Assembly: GCA_965248195.1 (NCBI GenBank)
Contig: CBDFIQ010000002.1
Span: forward strand, 768,001-832,000
DNA from: Longimicrobiales bacterium
GTDB taxonomy: Bacteria > Gemmatimonadota > Gemmatimonadetes > Longimicrobiales > Gaopeijiaceae
DNA: 64,000 nt
Direction: 5' to 3'
Shown one piece after another: positions 1 through 9,705 of the stretch. The notes under the pieces are model-generated. The model saw only the letters and a list, made by a program, of their open reading frames with translations, ran no database searches and was not told the DNA's origin. Each line of letters begins with the position of its first letter. Within the stretch, counting starts at the first letter, position 1. The position numbers and the translations under genes were made by a program.

Positions 1-2
1 TG

Positions 3-731
3 GACACTGGAGAGGTTCCTCTGATCGGAAGGGTGCGGCCGCTGATCGACGGTCTTCCGACCGTCGTGATCGATCATCATCCGCCAGGGGACCGGCCCAT
101 CGAGGGTGTGTCCTTGCGCGACGTCAACGCCTGCGCGACCGGTGAGCTCGTATTCGACCTCATCCATCGAGCCGGGGGGCCGTGGCCCGCGATCGGCGAC
201 CTTGCGATGTACGTGGCCATCATGACGGACACCGGCTCTTTTCGCTTCAGCAACACCACCCCGGCCAGCCTGCGGATCGCTGCCGAGCTGGTTGGCCGGG
301 GGGTCAGTCCCGATGAAACCTACCGCCGCATCTACGGCGCCGTGCCGCGCCGCCGGTTTCATCTGCTCGAGAGATCCTTGGCGCTATTGGAGGTGGACGA
401 GGAAGCGGGGGTCGCGTGGATGACTGTGCCCGCCGACCAGTTCGATGCCCTCGGCGCGATCGCGGACGACCTCGAGGGGATGGTCGACTACCCCCGCTCG
501 GTCGAGGGTGTGGAAGTCGGGCTCCTCTTTCGCCAGATCCCCCGGAAGGGGATCAAGGTTTCTTTCCGCTCCAACGGCGCGGTGAACGTGAATGCCCTGG
601 CGCGCCGGTTTGGTGGTGGAGGACACGTACGGGCGGCGGGGGCTCTCATCGAGGGTCAAATGGATCAAGTTCGCCGAGACGTGACCCACGCGACCCGAGA
701 GGCTGTGGAGCTATGGCGGTCGGGGCAGTAG
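3..731 (+). CDS. nrnA: DHH family phosphoesterase / oligoribonuclease NrnA-like (5' end outside window)
   Basis: Frame open from position 3 (DTGE...IG); IDHH, TDTGSF, SFRS and GGGGH (DHHA1) motifs. Confidence 0.9.
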   Translation, partial: DTGEVPLIGRVRPLIDGLPTVVIDHHPPGDRPIEGVSLRDVNACATGELVFDLIHRAGGPWPAIGDLAMYVAIMTDTGSFRFSNTTPASLRIAAELVGRGVSPDETYRRIYGAVPRRRFHLLERSLALLEVDEEAGVAWMTVPADQFDALGAIADDLEGMVDYPRSVEGVEVGLLFRQIPRKGIKVSFRSNGAVNVNALARRFGGGGHVRAAGALIEGQMDQVRRDVTHATREAVELWRSGQ

Positions 732-771
732 AATAACTCTGCTTGAGTGGAGACGGCCGAACCATGGAGAT

Positions 772-1197
772 ATGCTCGTGAAGGATGAAGGGGATCCCGG
801 AGTGCCGGAGGCCATTCCCAGAACGCTTCAGATGATGGCGCGCCGCCTGGGCGAGCGTGAGATCGATCGGCTTTGGGTGTTCCCGCCTTTGATCGTCGGA
901 CGCAAGGAGCGCGGCCTGGTGGCTGCGAGTTGCTTTACCGAGGATGGTGCACGCCGGTTGTACACTGCGCTCTACTCCGCGGAACGCACAGGCACGAGCC
1001 TTTCGGTCGAGAACGGTATCGCCGAGGAGGGCCAGGCCCCGCCGGACCGTCTCCCCCGAGTGATGCGGGGCGTCGTGCGTAGAAGCGAGATCGACCTCGG
1101 GGAGCCGCGGATGGTCGAGATCGCCGGGGACCCGGCGAGGCTCAGGGCGTTGTTGGACGAATTCGACGTCGAGCTGTTGGAGCCCGTAGAGGCGTGA
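772..1197 (+). CDS. hypothetical protein
   Basis: GGAG upstream of ATG; GTGA overlap with the next gene; no recognised domain. Confidence 0.75.
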   Translation: MLVKDEGDPGVPEAIPRTLQMMARRLGEREIDRLWVFPPLIVGRKERGLVAASCFTEDGARRLYTALYSAERTGTSLSVENGIAEEGQAPPDRLPRVMRGVVRRSEIDLGEPRMVEIAGDPARLRALLDEFDVELLEPVEA

Positions 1198-1694
1198 AGG
1201 CTCACCCAGACTCGGCTCCCTTCGTCCGGCTCTTCGGACGCTACCTGAGAGAGCAGGGACTGCCTGTCACCCACCAGAGGGAGGCGGTGGCGGAGGTCGT
1301 GTTTGGATCGGGCGAGCACCTCTCCGTGGACGAGATCGAAGGCGTCCTTAGGTCCGACGGTCACCGGATTGGCAAAGCGACGATCTATCGGGCTCTGGAT
1401 CTGCTCGTACGAAGTAAGCTCGTGGCCGAGCTCGACTTCGGAGAGGGCTTCAAACGGTATGAACACCGGCTCTCGGCGGAGCCGATCCATGAGCATCTCA
1501 TCTGCCTGAACTGTGGCGCCGTCATCGAGTTCCAGAGTGCCGAAGTGCACCGAATCGAGGCCATGGTCTCGGCACGCCACGGATTTCGGCCCACGCGCCA
1601 CAAGCTCGAGATCTACGGTCTCTGCCGGGAGTGCACCGCGGCCGGCGTTGAAGTTTCGGCGCAGGGACTCATCTGCCCGATCGAGACCGTGTAG
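1194..1694 (+). CDS. Fur family transcriptional regulator
   Basis: THQR, HLSVDEI, ATIYRAL, HEHLICLNCG and GLCREC motifs. Confidence 0.93.
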   Translation: MKAHPDSAPFVRLFGRYLREQGLPVTHQREAVAEVVFGSGEHLSVDEIEGVLRSDGHRIGKATIYRALDLLVRSKLVAELDFGEGFKRYEHRLSAEPIHEHLICLNCGAVIEFQSAEVHRIEAMVSARHGFRPTRHKLEIYGLCRECTAAGVEVSAQGLICPIETV

Positions 1695-1728
1695 AGGGCC
1701 GGGGGAACCCGACGTAAGTCGTCTTTCG

Positions 1729-3312
1729 ATGAGTTCCACTGAGAAACCCTCCGTCTCCCCCGCCAGGGGCGCCATGCAGCCGGCCCTCCTGGCCGATCTA
1801 CCTCGGTCCACCGAAGGTGTTCTGGGCGGCCTGACGAAGGAAGCGCTAGAGCGAGCGACCGGGTCCGCGGAAATAAAGGGGAACTCGCTTCGCCTCCAGT
1901 TCGACGGGCCCGTCACGTTCGACGCCTGGCTGGAGGCCATCGCGGAGGCCAAGCGTTACGTCCACTTCGAGAACTACATCCTCCGGAACGATCCCGTGGG
2001 GCGGGCGTTCAGGGATGTCCTCGTGGAAAAGGCTCGCCAGGGGGTCGAGGTAAGGCTCCTGTATGATTGGGTGGGGTGCTGGGCGACGCCGCGGCGGTAC
2101 TGGCGGCCGTTCCGCAGAGCAGGGGTCGAGGTGCGCGCTTTCAACCGCCCCTCCGCCCGCGATCCCTATGGCGTGTTCCAAAGGGATCACCGGAAGCTGG
2201 TGGTCGTGGACGGGGAGGTCGCGTTCGCCGGCGGGTTCTGCATTGGCCAGGAGTGGGCCGGCACCGGAGACGACCCCCCGTGGCGCGACACGGGCATCGA
2301 AATTCGGGGACCCGCCGTATCGGCGGCCAGTAGGGCGTTCGGCCGGATCTGGGACGTGATGGGCGAGCCCCTCCCGAGCGATTTTGCGAAGGAAGTAACG
2401 AGCCCCGCGGGAGATACGTCGGTTTGGCTCATCGAAGGCGAGCCGCGCCGAAGCCGTGTCCTTCGGACCGTGGCGCTGGTCGCGGCCATGGTACAGAAGC
2501 GCCTGTGGATCACTGACCCTTACTTCGTTGCACCCGGGGCTGTGGCCGAGGCCATGGTCGAGGCGGCTCAGTCCGGGGTCGACGTCCGGGTGCTCGTACC
2601 GGCCAACAACAACTGGCCCTTGGTCGGGACACTTTCGCGAGCGGGCTACCGGTACTTGCTCGAGCAGGGCGTGCGACTCTTCGAATGGCAAGGGGGGATG
2701 ATTCACGCCAAGACCTCCGTCGCGGACGGACTTTGGTGCAGGGTGGGCTCGAGCAACCTCAATGCGTGGAGTCTTCTGGGGAACTGGGAGATCGACGTGG
2801 GCGTTTTGGATGCGTCGTTGGCGGGCCAGCTCGAGGGGATCTTTCTGGCCGACCTGGCGTCTTCTTCAGAAATCGTACTTCCGGGACGCCGCCCTAGGCC
2901 CGCGGTCGTACCGGTGGAGCCACTCCCGACGCTTCAGGGACTCCCGACAACGCCGTTGGAACCGGAGGGCAAGCTCACGGAGCGGTTGGAGGCGATGATG
3001 GATCGAGAAACGGTGTTGAGACCATGGCGGCTCGCCCAGTTGGTGCGGGCGGGTGTCTCATTCAGCGACGCATTGGCGGGCCACCGCACGCTGGGCCGAG
3101 AGGATCGGACGGTCCTGGGGACCGTGGCGATCATCGCGATCTCCTCCGCGGTGGTTGTGGGCTTTTTCCCGCTCGTGTTCGGCTGGGCGTTAGCTTTGGT
3201 GCTTGCCTGGCTCGGCATCGTGATGGGGTTTCGCGCTGTATGGCACCGTTTTCGTGCTCAGGACTCGAACCCGCCAGACTCAAAGGATGAAAAGGACTCG
3301 AGTAGAAGATGA
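1729..3312 (+). CDS. cardiolipin synthase / phospholipase D family protein with C-terminal TM helices
   Basis: Two HKD motifs (HRKLVVVD, HAKTSVAD) and GSSNL; start placed at in-frame ATG 1729, after the Fur stop. Confidence 0.88.
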   Translation: MSSTEKPSVSPARGAMQPALLADLPRSTEGVLGGLTKEALERATGSAEIKGNSLRLQFDGPVTFDAWLEAIAEAKRYVHFENYILRNDPVGRAFRDVLVEKARQGVEVRLLYDWVGCWATPRRYWRPFRRAGVEVRAFNRPSARDPYGVFQRDHRKLVVVDGEVAFAGGFCIGQEWAGTGDDPPWRDTGIEIRGPAVSAASRAFGRIWDVMGEPLPSDFAKEVTSPAGDTSVWLIEGEPRRSRVLRTVALVAAMVQKRLWITDPYFVAPGAVAEAMVEAAQSGVDVRVLVPANNNWPLVGTLSRAGYRYLLEQGVRLFEWQGGMIHAKTSVADGLWCRVGSSNLNAWSLLGNWEIDVGVLDASLAGQLEGIFLADLASSSEIVLPGRRPRPAVVPVEPLPTLQGLPTTPLEPEGKLTERLEAMMDRETVLRPWRLAQLVRAGVSFSDALAGHRTLGREDRTVLGTVAIIAISSAVVVGFFPLVFGWALALVLAWLGIVMGFRAVWHRFRAQDSNPPDSKDEKDSSRR

Positions 3313-4037
3313 TTGAATCTGTCGGTCTCTTGGTCGCGTTGACGGCGGGGGTGCTGTCCTTCCTGTCGCCGTGCGTCCTCCCTTTGGTGCCCAGCTATCT
3401 GTCCTTCGTTACCGGCATGAGCCTGGAAGAGCTCCAGGAGGGCGTGGACCGCAGGGCGACGCTCATACACTCGCTCCTCTTCGTGACGGGCTTCAGCATC
3501 ATCTTTATCACGCTGGGCGCTTCGGCGTCTTTTCTCGGCGCCTTCCTGCGGTATTACGAGGTCTGGATCGCCCGGATCGGCGGCGTAGTCATCATCGTAC
3601 TCGGCTTGCACCTCACGGGTGTCTTCAGGATTGCGCCGTTGATGCGGGAGCGCAGGGTCCACGTAAAAGACAGGCCCGCCGGATATCTAGGAACCGTAGG
3701 CGTGGGAGCCGCCTTCGGGGCCGGCTGGACGCCCTGCATCGGCCCTGTTCTCGGAGCGATTCTGACTCTAGCCGGGACGCAGGACACGGTCTGGGCGGGT
3801 GTAAGCCTGTTGAGCGTCTACTCGTTGGGGCTGGCCATCCCGTTTCTGATTGCCGCGTTGGCCCTGGACTGGTTCCTGGGTGTGTTCTCCCGCTTCCGCC
3901 GGTTCTTGCCGCTGGTCGAGAAGGCGTCTGGAGTGATACTCATCCTTCTGGGCCTGCTCCTCATGACGGGTTCGTTCACGATCTTGAGTAGCTACCTTAC
4001 CAGGTTTACCCCCGCCTGGGTCTTGGAGAGGATCTAG
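3309..4037 (+). CDS. ccdA: cytochrome c biogenesis protein CcdA
   Basis: SFLSPCVLP and WTPCIGP motifs; multiple TM segments. Confidence 0.92.
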   Translation: MIESVGLLVALTAGVLSFLSPCVLPLVPSYLSFVTGMSLEELQEGVDRRATLIHSLLFVTGFSIIFITLGASASFLGAFLRYYEVWIARIGGVVIIVLGLHLTGVFRIAPLMRERRVHVKDRPAGYLGTVGVGAAFGAGWTPCIGPVLGAILTLAGTQDTVWAGVSLLSVYSLGLAIPFLIAALALDWFLGVFSRFRRFLPLVEKASGVILILLGLLLMTGSFTILSSYLTRFTPAWVLERI

Positions 4038-4096
4038 GGGCCGGGGTGGCTCCAGCTGCAACTTCGTCAATGGCAAGCGGTTGGGCGCCCGTGCGC

Positions 4097-6019
4097 CTAT
4101 AGCCCGTGCTCCTCCATGAACTCCTCGAAGCCACTCATCTGCCTCATGGGCACCCATGCAGGCCAGCTACGGAGAAAGACGAGAGAGCCGATGCGTTTGT
4201 CGGCGGCCCGACGAAGCCGGTTCAGGGCCTCCTCTTCTCTTCCCAGTGCCGAGAAGATCGACGCGAGATCCAAGTCGAGAGCTACGTCCGGCTCCTCCCG
4301 CTCTCGCTCCTCGATGAGCGCCACGAGCTCCTCCGCTTCGGCCTCCCGTCCCGCCACGCCCAGGGCGTAGGCGAGTGGCGTAACACCGCCTTTGGGGTGT
4401 GGCGTCAGCTCGCGAACCCGCTCGAATGTCTCGATGGCGTCGTATAACCGACCCATGAGCAAATACGTCCAACCCTTCCCTTCGAGGGCCGAACGGAACT
4501 CCGGGTCCAGCTCCAAGACCCGATCGAACTGGGCCAGCGCTTCGTCGTACTGCCCGCACGACGTATGTGCCTTCCCGAGGTAGTCGCGGACGGGCAGGTT
4601 GAGGGGATCGAGGGTGATGGCACGTTCGAGGACGGCGACCGCCTCTTCGAAACGTTCATCCGCCTGGAGGTAGAGGGAATAACCGTGGAGGACGTCCACC
4701 GAATCCGGGTTGATTTCCATGGCCCGGAGTAGCGACGCCTCTGCGGCTGGCCGATCCCAGTCGTTGAAGAGTCGGACGAGCCCCAGCGCTAAATGGGAGT
4801 CTTCGATTTCAGGGTCCAGCTCGATGGCTCTCTCGGCGGCGTTGTGGGCACAGCCGTAGGCGTCTCCGCATTGGGTCCGGCGACCTATGGCGGCCAGATA
4901 CGTATGGGCACGAGCCATCGCCCCCCACGCTTGCGCGAACTCCGGGTCCAAGTCGACGGCCCGCTGAAAGTGGTCGACGGCCTGGCGGGCGGCACTGGGT
5001 GTCCATTGATTCCAGCAGTACATCCCTTTGAGGTAGGCATCGTACGCCTCGGAGTGTTCGGTCACTTGGCGAACCAAGGAAGGCTTCTCTCCGTTCTCCG
5101 GTAACGTGGCCCGTAGCTCGTTTACGATTTCGAGGGAGATCTCGTCCTGGGTCTGGAAGATGTCGTCCAGGACTCGGTCGTACACCTTTGAAAAAATGTG
5201 GTAACCGTCGCTCGTGTTGATGAGCTGAGCCGTGATGCGGACCCGATCGCCGGCCTTGCGGACGCTACCCTCCAGGACCGCGCTCACACCGAGTTTCCTT
5301 CCGATGTCTCGAACGTCCTTGTTCTTGTCCTTGAAGGCGAAGGAGGACGTTCTGGCGGTGACCTGGAGGCCCTCCACCCGGGTCAGGGCGTTGATGAGCT
5401 CCTCGGAAATGCCGTCGCTGAAGAACTCGTTTTCCGGGTCGGCGCTCATGTTGACGAACGGGAGCACGGCGATGGTTCTCTCGGGCGGCCCGGTCTGGGC
5501 GGCCATCGACTCGGGGTCGGGAACGACCAGCCCCGGTGCCGTGATCGCGAAGACCCGGACGGGACGGCGCACGTTCTTCAGGTCGAATTCACCGAGTGCG
5601 GTCGCGGGGAGCTCCGGGTGATTCTTGATCTCGTCGAAGACCTTGCCCGAGATCATGACCGCACCGGGTGCCGAGAGCCCCTCGATGCGTGCGGCAACGT
5701 TGACCCCATCGCCGAATACGCCGTCCTCGTCTCGAGTGATGTCTCCGATGTGGAGTCCCATCCGGACGGGGATCGTAGGATCCTGTTGGAGCGCCTGCTG
5801 AGCCACGACGGCGGACGACACTGCGTCGACGGCGCTTCCGAAGATGCTGAGAGTCCCGTCCCCGTAGAACTGGACAATCTCACCACCGTGCTTCTCGATC
5901 GACTGGCGGAGCGTGTCGCGATGGCGGTCGCGGATGCTCTTTGCCCGATGCTCATCCTCCTGCATCAGGGCCGTGAAGCCTACCATGTCCGTGAACATGA
6001 TAGCCGAAAGTTGTCGCAT
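4097..6019 (-). CDS. class III nucleotide cyclase domain + TolB-like domain + TPR repeats
   Basis: FTDMVGFT, GDG, GDGVNVAARIE; IAVLPFVNMS...EFFSDG...LEGSVR; TPR-like helical repeats. Confidence 0.9.
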   Translation of the reverse strand: MRQLSAIMFTDMVGFTALMQEDEHRAKSIRDRHRDTLRQSIEKHGGEIVQFYGDGTLSIFGSAVDAVSSAVVAQQALQQDPTIPVRMGLHIGDITRDEDGVFGDGVNVAARIEGLSAPGAVMISGKVFDEIKNHPELPATALGEFDLKNVRRPVRVFAITAPGLVVPDPESMAAQTGPPERTIAVLPFVNMSADPENEFFSDGISEELINALTRVEGLQVTARTSSFAFKDKNKDVRDIGRKLGVSAVLEGSVRKAGDRVRITAQLINTSDGYHIFSKVYDRVLDDIFQTQDEISLEIVNELRATLPENGEKPSLVRQVTEHSEAYDAYLKGMYCWNQWTPSAARQAVDHFQRAVDLDPEFAQAWGAMARAHTYLAAIGRRTQCGDAYGCAHNAAERAIELDPEIEDSHLALGLVRLFNDWDRPAAEASLLRAMEINPDSVDVLHGYSLYLQADERFEEAVAVLERAITLDPLNLPVRDYLGKAHTSCGQYDEALAQFDRVLELDPEFRSALEGKGWTYLLMGRLYDAIETFERVRELTPHPKGGVTPLAYALGVAGREAEAEELVALIEEREREEPDVALDLDLASIFSALGREEEALNRLRRAADKRIGSLVFLRSWPAWVPMRQMSGFEEFMEEHGL

Positions 6020-6140
6020 CGTTCGTGTCCGCAGGGGTGAGCCGAAATAAAATTAACGGCTGGATTGGGGTGAGCGGAACCCTTCGCGGCCCGGCGGGCC
6101 GCACGTGACTTCCGCCTCTCCGCGTGCCATCATCCTTATT

Positions 6141-6224
6141 CTGAGCGCACCGATCCCGAAGCGGTTGCGCGCCGCCCTCGCCGACCGCTACGAGCTCCAC
6201 GAGGAGCTGGGCGCCCGGAACTAG
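6141..6224 (+). pseudogene. remnant of a Ser/Thr protein kinase N-terminus
   Basis: Translates LSAPIPKRLRAALADRYELHEELGARN*, which matches the L..ALADRY.I..ELG start of bacterial Hanks kinases and stops at the glycine loop. Confidence 0.6.
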
Positions 6225-6234
6225 GCCGGTACCT

Positions 6235-7278
6235 ATGAAAAATCTGGTGAAGAAACGGCTCCGTACGGTGGCCGCCTTCACTTTGTGGGGGGTCGTGATT
6301 GGCGCCGTCCTGGGTCCGGTCATCGGCCAGTTCGACGAGCGGCAGCTCTTTTTTTCGGCTGTTCGGGGAGTCGTGATCGGCATCCTCATCGGTATCGGCC
6401 TCGGCGTGGGGGAGGAGTTCATCCTCCCCCGCTGGAGCCGCACGATGGCCTTCGCCCGGCTCAGCGTCGTCCGAATCGGGGGTTACACGCTGATGATGAT
6501 CACGGCGCTGAGCGCCGTGAACGCGGTCGATCGTTCCATCGTGCTCGGTCTAGGGGCCTTCGATAGCGTCGCGTTCTACGCTGTCGAAGGCGGTTTGTGG
6601 AGAGATCTGATCTTCGCCTTCATTGCTGCCTTGATCACGACCTCGTTCCTGCAGGTGCGAAAGCTCCACAACCCGGGGGAGATCCGCCGTCTCCTCACCG
6701 GGCGGTATCACTACCCGGTGGAAGAAACCCGCATCTTCTTGTTTGCGGATGTGGTCGGCTCCACCGGCATCGCCGAACGCCTGGGCCATATGGCCTACAG
6801 CAGCTTCCTGAGGGACTGTTTCTCCGACATCTCCGAAGCGATTCTCGCCTGGAAGGGGGAGGTGTATCAGCACGCGGGAGATTCCGTGCTCGTGACCTGG
6901 CGGATGCACAAGGGCACGCGTTCCGCTGCATGCGTGCGGTGCTTTTTCGACATGATCCAACTGCTGGAGCTCCGGCATGATGACTATCGGCGCCAGTACG
7001 ATACCATCCCTCGCCTCCGTGCGGGGATCCATGGTGGGGACGTCGTCACGACCTGGGTGGGGGAGGCGAGGAAAGATCTGGCCTTCCACGGCGATACGAT
7101 GAACACGGCGGCTCGTGTGGAGACGGCGTGCAAGGAGCTGGATGCCCAGTGCCTCGTGTCGGAGCTTGTCTACGACGCCATTGAGCTACCGGCGCATCTC
7201 GAGGCACGCTCGGTGGGTGAGGTGGAGCTCAGGGGACGGACGGGCGCGCTACACCTATACTCTGTGGAGCAGGCCTGA
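6235..7278 (+). CDS. membrane-bound class III adenylate/guanylate cyclase
   Basis: About 4 N-terminal TM segments; FADVVGST, AGDS and GDTMNTAARVE motifs. Confidence 0.88.
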   Translation: MKNLVKKRLRTVAAFTLWGVVIGAVLGPVIGQFDERQLFFSAVRGVVIGILIGIGLGVGEEFILPRWSRTMAFARLSVVRIGGYTLMMITALSAVNAVDRSIVLGLGAFDSVAFYAVEGGLWRDLIFAFIAALITTSFLQVRKLHNPGEIRRLLTGRYHYPVEETRIFLFADVVGSTGIAERLGHMAYSSFLRDCFSDISEAILAWKGEVYQHAGDSVLVTWRMHKGTRSAACVRCFFDMIQLLELRHDDYRRQYDTIPRLRAGIHGGDVVTTWVGEARKDLAFHGDTMNTAARVETACKELDAQCLVSELVYDAIELPAHLEARSVGEVELRGRTGALHLYSVEQA

Positions 7279-7335
7279 ACCGTCACGCCAGATTCCATTT
7301 GCGGGAAGGTGCCACTAGGAAAGGCTGCCGCTAGG

Positions 7336-7406
7336 CAAGATGAGGCTGGGAGGATGGGGCTGCGGAAGATGCGCCGCCGCGGAAAGATGCGGCTAAAGAT
7401 GCGGCG
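7336..7406. repeat. degenerate tandem copies of the ceramidase 3' end
   Basis: About 5 AAGATGCGG/AGGATGGGG-like units next to and including the stop codon. Confidence 0.55.
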
Positions 7407-9696
7407 ATTGGACCGTACACCCCGAACCCACCGCTTCGGCCAGCCCCTGACGGGCGAGCAGGCGGAGTCGGTATTGGCCCGCGGGGACAGACTGCGGCAC
7501 CCAGCGTGCCTCCCACAGGTAGCCGTCGCGCCTCTCTTCGACAGCCTGCACCTGCACCTCGGGATTTGCATCGTCGGCCAGAAAGCCCCATTGGCCAGCG
7601 CTCTCCCGCTCGATCTGAACGATGGGAGCCTCCGCGGGGACCAATGTGCCCGGTCTGAGATCTGTCCATCTGACCCGCACTTCATCCGCCCCGCAGGCCA
7701 TATCGAACACCTCTCTACGGAACCCCGCCGGAATCGGACGAGGCGCCCAAAAGTGCGTAGGGCTTTCCGCGTGGAATGCCAGAATGGCGTCCACGGCTAC
7801 CGTCGGATTCCCGCTACGGAGACTGGTGGCCAATTGCCCCAACTCGTATGCGAGCATTTCGCCGGTGTTGGGCCCGTAAAGGGTCGAGCCCCCCTCGTAG
7901 TGTTGTGCCTCGTATTCATCGGCGCTGGCGACGTAGCTCGCGTAGCCGTTCGCCAGACTGACCGCTAGCGTGCGGTCGACGCCGTCCGGCGCGCTCCGGA
8001 GGAGGGTCTCCCGGATCAACGCGCCGACCTCGGTCGTCGGCTCGACGGGCACTGAGCCGATCAGGACATCACCCACCCTGTACACGCCGAACTGAAAAAC
8101 TTGAGGTAGCGTGTATTCCTTGATCAACATGCCGAGCTGGACCTTCTTATGCCCGAAGCAACCGTCGGGTGTATCCCGTGCGGCCGATCCGCCCTCGTCG
8201 AAGTTCATATTGATGAAGAACACACGGTGCTTCCAGGTACGGATGTAGCCCTTCTCGGCACCCCCAACCCCGGAAGCACCCATGCGCGGGGGCCAACAGG
8301 TCTGGTGCGGACCCGTGTAGGTCCGAAGGTCCACGGTAGTGAACGCCCGCCCCACGGACAGATCCGACGAGAGAGCGGCGGCGGCGCGGTCGAAGATCTC
8401 TGTGGCGCGAGCTCCGAGGGCCGAGGCGAAGGCGTCCACCTCGAGCCGGGTCTCGTCGAGGCACGATTCCACCTCGGACATCGGTGCGCGCCACGCCTCT
8501 GGTGCGGGGAGAGTTCTCGGACCGGCCGGTCGGCGTTCCGGGAGGAAGCGATATAACCTGCACGGCACCGGGTCCCGTAGATTCGCGCCCACGTCACCAT
8601 GGGCACCCTGGGCTAGGAGGAAGTAGGCGGCCCCGCCGGCGGCCGAGCCTGCTCCACCGCTCCGGACCGCCCGGATATGGTCCTCGACCGCCCGTGCGAT
8701 CACGCCATGGATGTCTGAGTCGAAAAGGTTGTTGGACGCGGGAATGTTGCTGCTGTGGATGGGGAACACGGCGTAGGCGCCGCGAGGCGCACAGTTCTCC
8801 CACTGCCGGTCGCAGCGGTCAACGCGGAGGAGTGCGAAGGTGGAGTCGACCGCTTGCTGATCCAACCTGCGTGCCGCACCGGGATCGACCGCCACGCGCG
8901 GAGAGGTGTTCCGCTCGTACGCTTCGTAGCTCCGGTTGAAAGTGAAGTCCCAGACCGCCTCGAAGCGCCAACCGGCTCTCGCAGGTTGCAGATCCGATGC
9001 GGCATCCTCGATCGCCCCGGCAATGCCATCGATCAGGAAATCCGTGACCACGGGGTCGAACCCAACGAAACGTCCCGCGTTGGCGTTGTATCCATCGGCG
9101 GCGAAGAAATTTCCTGGACCCGAATGTGTATGGGTGGCCGAAAGGAGCAAGCGGTCGGCCCCGATCCCGGTGCCAGATCGAACGATTCGATCGGCGACTC
9201 TGCGATGAAGGACGAGCGAGACCATGCCGAGATCGACGACCACCAGCGCGACGCGCTCGCCCGAGTCATCCTCCAGGACGATCGCCCGAGCGTACAGCCG
9301 TTGCCGAAAGCCCGCCGCCTGCCGGCTGTCGGCAGAGAAGGCACTCATGCCCACGCCCGGCGGCGGTGTGATGTCCCTAGCACCGAACCCGGCGAGGAGG
9401 CCGGACGCCACGGGTGCGGGGGGTGGGGCGGTGGGCGGCGGAGAGACCGGCTGGGGCAGCGCGGTCTCCTGGATGGATGCACACCCGCTGAGGCCCAACA
9501 GGGCCATTAGAAACAGGGCCCCGCCTTTCGCGCGGCTGATTCCTCTCCTCCCGATCCTTCTGACGAATCTCGCCCTAGCTTGCTCTACGGATCCCGACAT
9601 AGCTCCCTCTAAAGATCCCGACAGAGTTCGCTTTACGGATCCCGACAGGGCTCCGTTTACAGATCCCGGCATAGCTCCCTTTACAGATCCCGACAT
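7393..9696 (-). CDS. neutral/alkaline ceramidase-family lipoprotein
   Basis: DITPP, RLYARA, SATHTHSGPG, GAHGDV and YE..STLYGP motifs; lipobox LSGC; start at ATG 9696 (alternative ATGs inside the repeat). Confidence 0.85.
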   Translation of the reverse strand: MSGSVKGAMPGSVNGALSGSVKRTLSGSLEGAMSGSVEQARARFVRRIGRRGISRAKGGALFLMALLGLSGCASIQETALPQPVSPPPTAPPPAPVASGLLAGFGARDITPPPGVGMSAFSADSRQAAGFRQRLYARAIVLEDDSGERVALVVVDLGMVSLVLHRRVADRIVRSGTGIGADRLLLSATHTHSGPGNFFAADGYNANAGRFVGFDPVVTDFLIDGIAGAIEDAASDLQPARAGWRFEAVWDFTFNRSYEAYERNTSPRVAVDPGAARRLDQQAVDSTFALLRVDRCDRQWENCAPRGAYAVFPIHSSNIPASNNLFDSDIHGVIARAVEDHIRAVRSGGAGSAAGGAAYFLLAQGAHGDVGANLRDPVPCRLYRFLPERRPAGPRTLPAPEAWRAPMSEVESCLDETRLEVDAFASALGARATEIFDRAAAALSSDLSVGRAFTTVDLRTYTGPHQTCWPPRMGASGVGGAEKGYIRTWKHRVFFINMNFDEGGSAARDTPDGCFGHKKVQLGMLIKEYTLPQVFQFGVYRVGDVLIGSVPVEPTTEVGALIRETLLRSAPDGVDRTLAVSLANGYASYVASADEYEAQHYEGGSTLYGPNTGEMLAYELGQLATSLRSGNPTVAVDAILAFHAESPTHFWAPRPIPAGFRREVFDMACGADEVRVRWTDLRPGTLVPAEAPIVQIERESAGQWGFLADDANPEVQVQAVEERRDGYLWEARWVPQSVPAGQYRLRLLARQGLAEAVGSGCTVQSPHL

Positions 9697-9705
9697 AGCT
9701 CCCTC
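9586..9705. repeat. 5 x 24-bp tandem repeat
   Basis: Consensus TACRGATCCCGACATAGCTCCCTY; encodes MSGSVKGA-like units on the minus strand. Confidence 0.9.

Noticed and set aside
4097..7278. Pycsar/CBASS-type defence system
   Set aside because: The architectures are typical signalling cyclases and there is no adjacent effector gene
9586..9705. Possible CRISPR array
   Set aside because: The units are contiguous with no spacers, they are in frame, and there are no cas genes
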